64,000 bases of DNA, taken from contig NW_026262723.1 in NCBI RefSeq assembly GCF_021869535.1, positions 77,066,001 through 77,130,000 on the forward strand, in the 5' to 3' direction. Of this stretch, positions 37,101 through 49,782 are shown piece by piece. How positions within the stretch are numbered: the stretch's first letter is position 1; the number at the start of each line of letters is the position of its first letter. Position numbers and translations under genes: made by a program. Below the pieces are notes generated by a model that was given only the letters and a program-made list of their open reading frames with translations, was not told where the DNA came from and did not search any database. Source of the DNA: Mytilus californianus (lineage: Eukaryota).

Positions 37101-40100
37101 TAAAGAACAAAAAAAACAGTGTTTTTATACGACAGCAAAAATTTTGCGGTCATATATTGGTATCAAGTCGTCATTGTCCAAAGACACATTGGTTTCCAGA
37201 TAATAACTTTTGTTTAAGTGTATGAATTTCTATGAAATTTTACCATAAGGTTTATGACCACAAAAAGAAGGTTTTGATTGATTTTGGGGGTTATGGTCCT
37301 AACAGTTTAGGAATTAGGGGCCAAAATGGGGCCCAAATAAGCATTTTTCTAGTTTCCAGACAATAACTTGTGAAATGGTGTATGGATCTCTCTGAAATTA
37401 TACCACACGTTACCATATCACAAAGGGATGATAAGAATTTGCTTTGGGGGGTTATACTCAAACTGTTTAGGAATTAGGGGCAAAAAAGGGGGAAAAACAA
37501 GGGTTTCCAGGTTAATGGACAATTACTTAAAGGTACAAAACATGATTTTAAAGCAGTGTAAAGGAGGTAATTCAAACACATATTGTCAAATTACCTCCCT
37601 TACACTGCTCGTAAATTATTTATAAAGAAATGTATTGTCTTTAGGTGATTAGCTGTCAATTTATTTTTAGAAGTTACTATTTTAAATTGTTTAATAAAGG
37701 TAATATAATTATAGCCATGATTATGTATGTGAAGGAATTTTATTTTTAGATATTACTATTTAATGTTGCTGATGGAGGCTTTTTAATTTTAGGCATGATT
37801 ATGATGTCATTTTCTATTTTAAAAATTATTTAATTTTAGCCATGATTATGTATGTGAAGGAATTTTATTTTTAGATATTACTATTTAATGTTGCTGATGA
37901 AAGTGTTTTAATTTTAGGCATGATTATGATGTCATTTTCTATTTTAATACTTTTATGATGTATTTAAATGGGTTTTTATGGTTGCAAAGTCCTAGCTGTC
38001 AATTTATTTTTAGAAGTTACATTTAAATGCTGATGAAGGAATTTTAATTTTAGATATTACTATTAAAAGTTGCTGACTAAGGTTTTTTAATTTTAGCCAT
38101 GACTATGATGTCATTTTCTATTTTAATACTTTTATGATGTATTTAAATGGGCTTTTCCAGACAGCAACTTGTGATTAAGTGTATGGATCTCTCTAAAATT
38201 GTACTACAAGGTTCTATACTACAAAGGAAAGACTGCAATTGAGTTTGATGGTTAATGCTAAAAGGGGATTCAAAAAGTTTGGGGGGAAGGAGGGTTTCCA
38301 ATTTTTTATACCACCGCAAAAAATTTTTGCGGTCGTATATTGGTATGACGTTGGCGTCGTCGTCCGAAGACACATTGGTTTTCGCACTCTAACTTTAGTT
38401 TAAGTGAATGGATCTCTTTGAAATTTTACCATAAGGTTAAATACCACAAAAGGAAGGTTGGGATTGATTTTGGGGGTTATGGTACCAACAGTTAAGGAAT
38501 TAGAGGCCAAAAAGGGGCCAAAAATAAGCATTTTCTAGTTTCCAGACAATAACTGTGGAACAGTGTATGGATGTCTCTGAAATTATACTACAAGTTTCCA
38601 TACCACAAAGGGATGGTTAGGATTTGCTTTGGGGGGTTATGGCTCAAACCGTTTAGGAATTAGGGGCAAAAAAGGGGGAAAAACAAGGTTGTTCTGGTTA
38701 ATGGACAAATACTTTAGTACAAAACATAATTTAAAGCAGTGTAAGGGAGATAAATCAAATACATCATTGAAATTACCTCCCTTACACTGCTTTTAAATTA
38801 TGTATAAAGTAATGATTAATGAACAATTAAGATAATTTAAAACAGTGTAAGGGAGGTAATCCAAATACAACGATTTGGTTACTTCCCTTACACTGCTTTT
38901 AAATTATGTTTAAAGAAATGTATATTTATAAAGGAAGACCAGTAAAAATATATGCAAATGTTCCATCTTTTTTTTAACAAAAAAATCCATATCAAAGATT
39001 TGACAATATATTTTAAATTCTATTATAAAATAGATTAAGTTAGCACTATGGTAAATTTAAATGGGTAATTATGGTTGCAAACTCCATTGGAAATTTGAAT
39101 TGAGATTATGACCATATCTTGAGGGAAAGAATTTTTTTGGGGAAAAAGGGGGGGTGTAAAAAGAAATTGTGGGGGGTCAATTTTTTCTCATATCAGATTT
39201 CAGAAATTAAAAAGAATTATTCTTCAAATATTATTTTTTTTTCAAATTTCTAATATTGAAAAATTTCAAGAAGTAATCTTTAATTGCACAGTATGGCGCA
39301 TTAGATTTGTAAAATCTTTGACCACATTTATTTATTTGTTATGCCGAATCTAACCATGTATTTAGATTTTTAATTTTGGGTCCAGTTTTCAAATTGGTCT
39401 ACATTAAGGTCCAAAGGGTCCAAAATTAAACTTTGTTTGATTTTAACAAAAATTGAATAATGGGGTTCTTTGATATGCTGAATCTAAACATGTATTTAGA
39501 TTTTTGATTTTTGGCCCAGTTTTCAAGTTGGTCCAAATTGGGGTCCAAAATTAAACTTTGTTTGATTGCAACAAAAATTGAATATATGGGGTTCTTTGAT
39601 ATGCTGAATCTAACCATGTATTTAGATTTTTTATTTGTGGACCCTGCTATCAAATTGGTTCATATTGAGGTCAAAAGGGTCCAAAATTAAACTTCATTTG
39701 ATTTCATCAAAAATTGAATTACTGGGGTTCTTTGATATGCCAAATCTAACTGTGTTTTTAGATTTTTAATTTTGGGTCCTGTTTTTTAAATTGTTCTACA
39801 TTAAGGTCCAAAGGGTCCAAAATTAAACTTAGTTTGATTTTAACAAAAGTTGAATATATGGGGATCTTTGATATGCTGAATCTAAACATGTGTTTAGATT
39901 TTTGATTATGGGCCCAGTTTTCAAGTTGGTCAAAGTTGGGGTCCAAAATTAAACTTTGTTTGATTTCAACAAAAATTGAATATATGGGGTTCTTTGATAT
40001 GCTGAATCTAACCATGTATTTAGATTTTTTATTTGTGGACCCTGCTATCAAATTGGTTCATATTGAGGTCAAAAGGGTCCAAAATTAAACTTCGTTTGAT

Positions 40101-43100
40101 TTCATCAAAAATTGAATTATTGGGGTTCTTTGATATGCCAAATCTAACTGTGTTTTTAGATTTTTAATTTTGGGTCCTGTTTTTTAAATTGTTCTACATT
40201 AAGGTCCAAAGGGTCCAAAATTAAACTTAGTTTGATTTTAACAAAAGTTGAATATATGGGGATCTTTGATATGCTGAATCTAAACATGTGTTTAGATTTT
40301 TGATTATGGGCCCAGTTTTCAAGTTGGTCAAAGTTGGGGTCCAAAATTAAACTTTGTTTGATTTCAGCAAAAATTGTATATATGGGTTTTTTTGATATGC
40401 TGAATCTAACCATGTATTTAGATTTTTTATGTGTAGACCCCGCTATCAAATTGGTTCATATTGAGGTCAAAAGGGTCCAAAATTAAACTTTGTTTGATTT
40501 CATCAAAAATTGAATTATTGGGGTTCTTTGATATGCCAAATCTAACTGTGTTTTTAGATTTTTAATTTTGGGTCCTGTTTTTCAAATTGGTCTACATTCA
40601 GGTCCAAAGGGTCCAAAATTAAACTTAGTTTGATTTTAACAAAAATTGAATTCTTGGGGTTCTTTGATATGCTGAATCTAAACATGTGTTTAGAACATGT
40701 TTAGATTTTTGATTATGGGCCCAGTTTTCAAGTTGGTCCAAGTTGGGGTCCAAAATTAAACTTTTTTTTATTTCAACAAAAATTAAATATATGGGGTTCT
40801 TTGATATGCTGAATCTAACAATGTATTTAGATTTTTTATTTGTGGACCCCGCTATCAAATTGGTTCATATTGAGGTCAAAAGGGTCCAAAATTAAACTTC
40901 GTTTGATTTCATCAAAAATTGAATTATTGGGGTTCTTTGATATGCCGAATCTAACTGTGTTTTTAGATTTTTAATTTTGGGTCCTGTTTTTTAAATTGTT
41001 CTACATTAAGGTCCAAAGGGTCCAAAATTAAACTTAGTTTGATTTTAACAAAATTTGAATATATAGGGTTCTTTGATATGCTGAATCTAAACATGTGTTT
41101 AGATTTTTGATTATGGGCCCAGTTTTCAAGTTGGTCCAAGTTGGGGTCCAAAATTAAACTTTGTTTGATTTCAGCAAAAATTGTATATATGGGGTTTTTT
41201 GATATGCTGAATCTAACCATGTATTTAGATTTTTTATTTGTGGACCCCGCTATCAAATTGGTTCATATTGAGGTCAAAAGGGTCCAAAATTAAACTTTGT
41301 TTGATTTCATTAAAAATTGAATTATTGGGGTTTTTTTGATATGCCAAATCTAACTGTGTTTTTAGATTTTTAATTTTGGGTCCTGTTTTTCAAATTGGTC
41401 TACATTAAGGTCCAAGGGGACCAAAATTAAACTTACTTTGAGTTGACAAAAATTGAATTCTTGGGGTTCTTTGATATGCTGAATCTAAACATGTGTTTAG
41501 AACATGTTTAGATTTTTGATTATGGGCCCAGTTTTCAAGTTGGTCCAAGTTGGGGTCCAAAATTAAACTTTTTTTTATTTCAACAAAAATTGAATATATG
41601 GGGTTCTTTGATATGCTGAATCTAACCATGTATTTAGATTTTTTATTTGTGGACCCTGCTATCAAATTGGTTCATATTGAGGTCAAAAGGGTCTAAAATT
41701 AAACTTTGTTAGATTTCATCAAAAATTGAATTATTGGGGTTCTTTGATATTCCAAATCTAACTGTGTATTTAGATTTTTAATTTTGGGTCCTGTTTTTTA
41801 AATTGGTCTACATTAAGGTCCAAAGGGTCCAAAATTAAACTTAGTTTGATTTTAACAAAAATTGAATTCTTGGGGTTCTTTGATATGCTGAATCTAAACA
41901 TGTGTTTAGAACATGTTTAGATTTTTGATTATGGGCCCAGTTTTCAAGTTGGTCCAAGTTGGGGTCCAAAATTAAACTTTTTTTTATTTCAACAAAAATT
42001 GAATATATGGGGTTCTTTGATATGCTGAATCTAACCATGTATTTAGATTTTTTATTTGTGGACCCCGCTATCAAATTGGTTCATATTGAGGTCAAAAGGG
42101 TCTAAAATTAAACTTTGTTTGATTTCATCAAAAATTGAATTATTGGGTTCTTTGATATTCCAAATCTAACCGTGTATTTAGATTTTTAATTTTGGGTCCC
42201 GTTTTTCAAATTGGACTACATTAAGGTCCAAAGGGTCCAAAATTAAACTTACTTTGATTTTAACAAAAATTGAATTCTTGGGGTTCTTTGATATGCTGAA
42301 TCTAAACATGTGTTTAGAACATGTTTAGATTTTTGATTATGGGCCCAGTTTTCAAGTTGGTCCAAGTTGGGGTCCAAAATTAAACTTTTTTTTATTTCAA
42401 CAAAAATTGAATATATGGGGTTCTTTGATATGCTGAATCTAACCATGTATTTAGATTTTTTATTTGTGGACCCCGCTATCAAATTGGTTCATATTGAGGT
42501 CAAAAGGGTCTAAAATTAAACTTTGTTTGATTTCATCAAAAATTGAATTATTGGGGTTCTTTGATATTCCAAATATAACCGTGTATTTAGATTTTTAATT
42601 TTGGGTCCCGTTTTTTAAATTGGTCTACATTAAGGTCCAAAGGGTCCAAAATTAAACTTAGTTTGATTTTAACAAAAATTGAATTCTTGGGGTTCTTTGA
42701 TATGCTGAATCAAAACATGTGTTTAGATTTTTGATTATGGGCCCAGTTTTCAAGTTTGTCCAAGTTGGGGTCCAAAATTAAACTTTGTTTGATTTCAACA
42801 AAAATTGAATATATGGGGTTCTTTGATATGCTGAATCTAACCATGTATTTTGATTTTGGACATTGGACCATAATAGGTAAATTAAAAAAATTCAAGTTCT
42901 TAGACCACATTCTTTCTGTGTCAGAAACCTATGCTGTGTCAAATATTTAATCACAATCCAAATTCAGAGCTGTATCAAGCTTGAATGTTGTGTCCATACT
43001 TGCCCCAACTGTTCAGGGTTCGACCTCTGCGGTGGTATCAAGCTGCGCCCAGCGAAGCATTTTATTTTAAAAGGGTTCATATTTTTTTTTCAAAATTTTC

Positions 43101-46100
43101 AAAATTTCAAATTTTTGAAAAGTTTCACGAAGAAATCTTCAATTGCACAGTATCTCACATTAGATTTGTAAGATCTTTGACCACATTTATTTTGTGTCAG
43201 AAACCTATATTATGTCAAAAATTTGATCACAATCCAAATTCAGATAGTATCAAGCTTGAATATTGTGTCCAAATTTGCCCCAACTGTTCAGGATTTGACC
43301 ACTGCAGTCGTATCAGGCTGCGCTCAGCGAAGCATTTTATTTTGAGTTATTGTCCTTGTACCTTGGATAGATGAAATATGTGCAATGCAGGGGACATTGG
43401 AATTCTGTTCTTTTATTATGAATACATTATAGTTTGAAATATTAGACATTTTCTATAGAACAGATTAATAGAAAAAAATAGAAAAAATATCAAAATAAAT
43501 AAATAAACAATAACAAGTGACAGATTATATAGGAGTGTGAAATAAAAAAGAATAAAAAGAGAGGAGAAAAAGAGAAACAAAATTATCCAGTTGCATCCCT
43601 ATCTATATTTTTAAATGTAACATATTAAAATGTAATTTAAATGATATCTTGCCCAGATTTGGTAACACAGAATTAGTATTGATACTCAAAAGGAAAAGAA
43701 GTGTTTAAAAATACAATCTGCAGTTTCCTATTAAAAGCTCTGAAGTGTGATGGTGGCATTGTGACACTATCTTGTTGATAGCTACACTGAAGTGCGATGA
43801 TGGTATTGCTGAAGTGCAATGGGCTACATAAACTATACTTTCAATGCTTTGCATATCGATGTAGAAGTCAAGTTGTTTGTTAGAAGCAGTTTTTTGATAG
43901 AAGCAGTTATTTTAGTTTTTAGGTTAATAAGGGGCTTATAAACTTTTTAATATTTAGGGAAACGGGGAATGATTGGTGGAGAGGGGTAAGTGAACCTTTT
44001 GTAGCTGATTTTTTTTCGAAATTTACCAAAGGTTTTTTTTTTTATTTATGATGGAGCGTGGCATTCTCTAAATACATGCAGGTTGCAGACAAACTATCTG
44101 TATTATAATATTATGTAAAGATAAAATGTTAACGCAGAATTACGTTCACATGCTGAGGACAATCTCTCACTTAGTATGCAACTGTAACTAAGGACACTCA
44201 TAGAAAATAACGAATGCAAATTTATATACTACAGGTAACTATTAAAAAACACATCGCACATCAGGGAAAGGACCATTGCACTTCAGCGCAGACCATCACA
44301 CTTCAGCCTGACCATCGCATTTCAGCATCCCCATCGCACCTCCAAGTCCTACAAATATACCCTGAATTTTTGTATTTGATTGTTGGAGAGTACATGTTCT
44401 TTCAATACATTCATGAAACATGTCAAAATCTTTTTGGTTTTTTGTTTGGGGGAGGGGTGTTATATGTTATTCATTGGTATTTGCATATTTGTGTTAATTT
44501 AGTAGAACACTAATTTTTATTGTTTCCTATTGCAAACAAAGAGTGGGGGACAATAAAATACTGGCTGTCCGTCCATGTGTCCATCTGTTTTTTCAATCCT
44601 GTCTTGTAAGCACTTTCACTCCTAAGTTTTTTGTCAAATTTTAACAAAACTTTATCAAAAGTTTATATCAGCAATTTGACAAGTTGATAAATCAGCAGCT
44701 ATCAATTGTATGGAAATTTACACTTGAAGCACTTTCAAGCCTACATTAGTGTCAATATTTTTATGAAATTTATATCGGAAGTTTATATCAGCATTGTGTT
44801 CGCTTTGACATGTTAAAAAAATGGTCAGATCAAGTACCGTATAGCGGGTTATTTTCGCGGGTGTTTATTTTCGCTTATTTTGGCGGGTAAGGGAAAATCG
44901 TGAAATTAAATTCCGCGAAAATGTATGCATACGTTCGGTTCTTTCTAATAAGTAAAGCGTTTTGTTAACTATCTATTTTTTTCCCGTTCGTCGGATCAAT
45001 AATGGTTTATGTGAATTTAAACAACTTAATGCAAAATGTCATTGTTCACTGGCTGTCAGGTGGTAATTAGTTAATTGGTTACATAATAAGATAATTAATA
45101 ATATAAGAGTGTAAGGTACTTTGTCAGGTATGTTATCCTTATTAATTAGTGTCAGATTATTTAAGAGTTGCAAGTCACTCTTGGTAATTTTGAATTCTAA
45201 TTAGTACATCAAAGGTCCGGTCAATTTCGTAACTAACCAACCGTTACATTTACAAGAAGTTTGTACAGCTGTTACAAATATCTAATTACCGATATTCTAT
45301 TGAATAACTGTATCAAAATATAATCAATAAATTGGACATTTAACTTGTTTTCAATTTTACAACTTTTTAACTGGAACAATTATAGTATCCGCCAAAATAT
45401 TTAATTGGGATTGAAGAATCCGCCAAAATTTTTCGTATACTTTGTTGCCCCTAAATAGCGAAATTTTACACCCGCGAAAATAACCCGCTATACGGTATTT
45501 TTAATGGAGTTATGTCCCTTAGAAATGTAAATTATATGGAAATTTCTATGTAAGTGCCTACATTTCATGTCAAATTTTTAAATATAAAATAAGAATATAT
45601 TAGCAATGTCTAGGACAAACTTAAAAGTCAGCACCGATCAATTTTTTTCTAAGTGAGTTAAGTCCCTTAAAAATGAAAACTATATGGAAAATTTAACTGT
45701 AAGTGCTCTCACATCCACATTTCTAGTCTGATTTTTATGAAATTCATATGAATGGTTTAGCATAGCTATTTTTCCTTGAAAATGAAAATAATATGGAAAA
45801 TTGCATTGTAAGCACTCTCATGTCTAGATTTCTTGAAGGTTTTACATGAAAAACTTTAGACAGATAAATTATTTGCAGTGGCAGAAAAATTGAAATGCTG
45901 GTCAGATATATTTTTATTGCAGTCTTCGAAACATATTTTTTCTTATGATATGTAAGTGTTCAAAGATTCAGCTTAAGACTAAGCTTGTAGTTGAGGCTCA
46001 CCTTTTCTTTACCCCAGGTGATGAAACTTTCTATAAACAAACTGTTGAGTTCATTCATATTTTATTTTTGAATGCAGACGCAATCAACATATGTATTAAA

Positions 46101-49038
46101 CATACTTTAAATTGTTAAATATTTTGAATTTATTTTTGAATGCAGACGCAATCAACATATGTATTAAACATACTTTAAATTGTTAAATATTTTGAAGACC
46201 TTTAATAAACCAAACAGATTTCCAAAATTGACAATAGTCTTTTTCTGGTGGGTAATTACCTAAAGTGTTAGTTTTAAAAACAAGATTTGGATTAAGGAGA
46301 TTTAATGTGTTTTAAATGGAATGACCTCTAACTTAATAACTAGTCTATTATCTAACATCATAATACACTTCTTTGATCTGTTTGTTTTGTGTATTCTAGT
46401 TATTAATATTAAAAGAAACAAAATGCTTTTTAAAGGTAGTTGCTTCATTTATTGCTGTTAAGTAGATGTCCTATTTGTCATTGACTGGGGTCAAATGGTC
46501 ATTCTACCAGTCTGGTCAAACTAGATTATACTGCCCAACTACTCTGTTACTATGTTAAATATCTTTTACGTTTACGTTTACGTCTTCAAATAATGGGATT
46601 AATGCTACCAATCATGCCAAGGTTAAGTTTTCAGTAGCCGTGTTTCTGTCAGAATTCCAACTGTCACAAATTTATGCAAACATTTTGCACAGGTATTCCC
46701 TAAAAATTCCTTTTAAATGATATCATGTAACCATTTTTATATAAAAACCACATCATTGCAGTGATTGGACCACAATTTCTGCTAAATTGGGCATGTTTTT
46801 GTAAGTGATAAAAAGTAAGAAAGAGGAGAGTTGGTGATTTACTCTTCCTTGCATCTGTCAAAGCCAAACAGATATATGACAGTGGAACAGTCTACAGAGT
46901 GAGTGACATCAGTTTATATGGTACATGAATTTTTCAAGAGCTTCATAGAAGTCCAATACAATCAGTGTCAAGTCGTTGGTCAACTAGTAAAGATCAGTAT
47001 TCATACACTACTCTTTTTTCTCAAAAACTTCATTAAGAAAACATGACGGAGTATATATTTGTATATCATTTATTAATTTGAAAATAAACCAGGCTGTTAG
47101 ATTTCTTGTTTGATTGTTATATACTTTATCATGCTAGAGCCTTTGAAAGCCTGTTTTTTGGGGTACTGGTTTTTACTCAATATTGAAGGCTGTATTGACC
47201 TATAGTTGCTTAAATCTATGACATTTGATCGCTGATTAATAGTTCTCATTGGTAATTATATCACATCTTTTAAATTTTACATTTAGACAAATGACTTTTG
47301 TTTTTCAGTAGTGACCCACCTTACAGATATATATATTTCAACCATATGAACCTAGCTCAGAAAACAACAGTTCATACAGACAATAAGAAAGTTCCAGGTG
47401 TCAACATACCTCAAGATACACTACGCCTCATTAGTGACATCAGTTCTGATATGTCAAGGTATGATATTCATTTGATAGTAAGTACCTAAGTTTCATTGGA
47501 GAATGAAATAAAACTTGCCTGTAGAAAATTTTCCATTCTTTTTCCTGATATTTTGTAGTAAGGGGACATTTAGATGCATTCTATACATTTCTACAATTCT
47601 ACTTCAGTCTTGAAGATATTTGAATAAACTATATCTTAGAAAGTATAAAAGTTAGATATATATATTTTATTTTAAATTCATATCCACTTGCTCTAGTTAA
47701 ATTTTACAAAAATCAACTAGATCAACAATTAAAGAAAATGTAACCTTTAAAATTCAAAAAGCAACGGACAGTTTTTGAATTTGATAAATTTGTCAGCATT
47801 ACCCTGTGGTTTACTAAGGCCAACCACCAATAGGAAATTATACAAAAATGAAGCGTTCTTAACAAAAGAAAAAAAATTAAGACTAGTCAGGTGTTCTTAA
47901 AACAGAGATAATAAAGATAAGAAGATGTGGTATGAGTGCCAATGAGACATCTCTCCATCCAAGTCACAATGTATAAAAAGTTAACAATTATAGGTCAAAG
48001 TACGGCCTTCAACACAGAGCCTTGGCTCACACCAAACAGCAAGCTATAAAGGGCCCCAAAATGACTAGTGTAAAACAATTCAAACAGGAAAACCAACGGT
48101 CTAATTTATATTAAAAATGAGAAACAAGAAACACCTATGAACCACACCAACAAACGACAACCACTGAACAACAGGCTCCTGACTTAAGACAGGTGCATAA
48201 AAATGCAGCGGTTTTAAATGTTTTAAGATTATTTTGTTTTTTTTAATTGAGATACATTTAGAAAAACATTGGATTTCTCAATTAAAAATTGATAGAAATA
48301 AACAATAAATATATTTTGCTGCTTAAAAATTTATTTACTATTTATGAGCAGATAAAAAAGGATGTCAGGGTAAGGAGTGTAGTTTAAAGGCTTTTTTTGT
48401 GGCTTTAAAAAATGTCATACTTTTGTGCCAAAGGAAAAAAAACTAAGTCTAGTAGTTTTAAATTTACAGAAATGCATTTTCTTTTTAAGAAATGGAGAAG
48501 ACGGTGAGACTATTGTAAAGACTGCCTCAGATAACTGGGTTGTTGGAAAACGGTCTGACCAAAGAGAATTTTATGTTGTAATTAACCAGAAAAATGCTAA
48601 CTTAATAGAAATTAATGGTAAGTTTTCTACAGTTTTACAGTTATTATTTTTATTAGGTGTAGACTTTTAAAAAAAAAATAATATGATAATCAATGAAGAT
48701 TATAAAACATATTACTTGCTACAAAAATATTAATAAAAAAGAACTGTTTGTTGGTAATTGCATAACAATATCGTTCATCATTTTCAAAATATGAGAACAT
48801 CTTTTGAAAGTTTTAAAATTTCCTTTTGAAGTAAAATTGATTGGATAAGTAATTGATAGTTTAAATATCATTGTTAAAAAAAGTATTTTAACATTTTTCC
48901 TGTGGCCTCTAAATAACTAGCAATTTGTATTCATATAAGTAGATTAGAACAGTTATAAAGTAATAAGTGTATTTTTTTTCAGAGGAAGTAAAGAGACTAT
49001 GTGCAAGTCATTTTAACAGTATTTTCTTCCTGGACTAA
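22156..49038 (+). CDS. CCZ1: Vacuolar fusion protein CCZ1 homolog (MON1-CCZ1 Rab7 GEF subunit), 462 aa, 12 exons
   Basis: Exons 22156-22230, 25625-25722, 26996-27086, 28830-28952, 29941-30030, 30920-31095, 33135-33275, 33782-33927, 36122-36236, 47309-47458, 48490-48617 and 48983-49038 (TAA) total 1389 nt, in frame, all GT-AG. The translation follows human CCZ1 throughout (FNSEYGPREG, GLCEAI, SLHTQK, LFNGTF, KYTAFLYNDQLVWSGLEQEDMR, YIYFNHMNLA, WVVGKRSDQREFYV, NSIFFLD*). AATAAA near 49113-49122. Confidence 0.97.
26236..26505 (+). mobile_element. HINE/Helentron-like element, short (single-repeat) copy
   Basis: 5' end ttttatgcccc..ggggcat hairpin, GTCC-type microsatellite, one central repeat, 3' end gcatcatctgtgttccatggacacat palindrome. 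Same family as 31565-32323. Confidence 0.7.
27174..28200 (-). mobile_element. 5'-truncated, frameshifted non-LTR retrotransposon (LINE) 3' end; RTE-X/L2-group-like, clade tentative
   Basis: Minus-strand ORF pieces APILLYGAEVWG, FCKYIMKVKKCTPNCIVYGEHGR, MIGFWER, HRLPINVGR and a CxxC..GDEFHYIFNC zinc-knuckle-like tail. These are followed by a GCCTCA-CA-TGAGGC hairpin, AATAAA and a tandem (AAGTTTCAA)n-like tail. Confidence 0.85.
29320..29585 (+). repeat. Dispersed repeat family (aaaataccgaactc...gaagtcc...attcctgacttggtacag), with an internal duplication
   Basis: Similar to the reverse complement of 32722-33000 and to 63860-64000. The block aaattcaaaaaggggaagtccataaaaactgacaaa occurs twice. Confidence 0.7.
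30683..30891. mobile_element. Tc1/mariner-type MITE (about 209 bp, TA TSD)
   Basis: TIRs ctgtgaattcatt / aatgaatccacag (one mismatch), TA on both sides. Confidence 0.7.
31565..32323 (+). mobile_element. HINE/Helentron-like element with four tandem central repeats of about 160 bp
   Basis: 5' end tttttatgcccccgccgtagcggagggggcat, (GTAC/GTCC)n microsatellite, four copies of ttagtttgcctcaaccaaatgttatgaaacttatacacaatg..., 3' end gggggcatcatctgtgtcccatggacacat. Confidence 0.8.
32722..33000 (-). repeat. Dispersed repeat family (reverse copy relative to 29320 and 63860)
   Basis: Contains tgtaccaagtcaggaatatgacagttgtt...gattttgccatttgataagggactttcc, the reverse complement of the sequence at 63900-64000. 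Confidence 0.75.
34590..35490 (+). mobile_element. HINE/Helentron-like element with a tandem array of about 179-bp units (4 full units plus a partial)
   Basis: gggggcat..(GTCC)n head; unit anchor gctatctcctccta at 34667, 34846, 35026, ~35205 and 35390; 3' end ggtgggggcatcatttgtgtcttacagaca. Confidence 0.75.
36525..37075 (+). mobile_element. HINE-like element with degenerate repeats of about 150 bp
   Basis: tttttgtcccc..gggggac head, gtccgtcc microsatellite, recurring gagttatgccccttggaaa...atggaaaattgcat..ttagcgctctc. Confidence 0.6.
37122..43340 (+). mobile_element. Two nested Helentron-like elements of one family (outer 37122-38302 plus 43061-43340; inner 38303-43060)
   Basis: Two 5' ends (tttttatac..gcaaaaa.ttttgcggtc.tatattggtat at 37122 and 38303) and two 3' ends (..gtatca.gctgcgc.cagcgaagcattttatt at 43060 and 43340). 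Confidence 0.75.
39345..42870. repeat. Higher-order tandem array (398-409-bp unit built from three related subrepeats of about 130 bp) inside the inner element
   Basis: The anchor tattgaggtcaaaaggg occurs at 39663, 40061, 40459, 40868, 41266, 41675, 42084 and 42492. Each unit has three gatatgc.gaatctaa-containing subunits. Confidence 0.92.
44520..45990 (+). mobile_element. Degenerate HINE-like element interrupted by a TA-TSD MITE
   Basis: gggggacaat..gtccgtcc head and gagttatgtccctt..atatggaaa repeats related to 36525-37075 lie on both sides of the MITE. Confidence 0.5.
44837..45495. mobile_element. Tc1/mariner-type non-autonomous TIR element (659 bp, TA TSD)
   Basis: Perfect 28-bp TIRs ccgtatagcgggttattttcgcgggtgt / acacccgcgaaaataacccgctatacgg, with TA flanks at 44835-44836 and 45496-45497. 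Confidence 0.9.
46061..46196. repeat. Perfect 68-bp tandem duplication
   Basis: tttatttttgaatgcagacg...aaatattttgaa occurs twice with period 68. Confidence 0.9.
47916..48210 (-). repeat. Abundant dispersed repeat (ataagaagatgtggtatgagtgccaatgagacaactctcc family), probably retroelement 3' ends
   Basis: Further copies at about 50906-51006, 51645-51830, 57920-58253, 60524-60620 and 63552-63840 (same orientation), and 24525-24660, 47086-47275 and 62701-62752 (opposite). Copies share one end and are variably truncated at the other. Confidence 0.75.
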
Positions 49039-49782
49039 TTAATATAAATGAATGGTAATGAACTATGACTACTAATTTATTCAAATTGTATGTGATGTGA
49101 GTTTTGAAAGTGCAATAAATAAAAGACACTGTAACTGTGTGATATTTAAAATAACATCTCCAGGCAGTATATAGTAGTAAAGGTATGAGAAAATTAATTG
49201 TTATATAAGAATATAATTCACAAGGTCTCATGAACTTATGTTTTTCAAACCAATATGAAAGTGTATTTTTAATTTGCTAAATAGTTGTATACAATATTAA
49301 GTATTAAACTAATTTCAGTGCATACAGCACATGTTACTGGAATAAATGTAACCAGGTACTTTCCTTTCCATCCATAAGTCTTCCATTCTCTGCATACCAC
49401 CTCCATTGTATCATCACAGGTCGTCACATACCCTGGAGGACACTACTATATAAAAGCTGAAATTAACAGCATATTGAATTCGCAAATAAAACTCTTCTTG
49501 ACTTTATGTACTGGGTGGTGTTGCTGCAAATTTTAAGGTGTCAAGGGTGTCTACAGTTACACCCATGATTGATAGGGGAAAATGCCTGCTGATTGTAAAG
49601 GAATCTGGAGAAGGGTATCTGATATTAAAGACAGTGACCTCTGGTTGTTGCTGATGTTACTCTTGGTATCATCATTATTATAATATCTTATATGGAAGTG
49701 TTGGTATAACCACAAGTCAGTTAACTTTTCTATTTAACAATGACCAAATGCTTCAGAATCAAAGATATAAAAACCTTTGAAA

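Noticed and set aside
39426-42950. Repeated 64-97-aa ORFs (MIAGSTNKKSK...)
   Set aside because: By-products of the higher-order tandem array; frames break between units and show no protein similarity.
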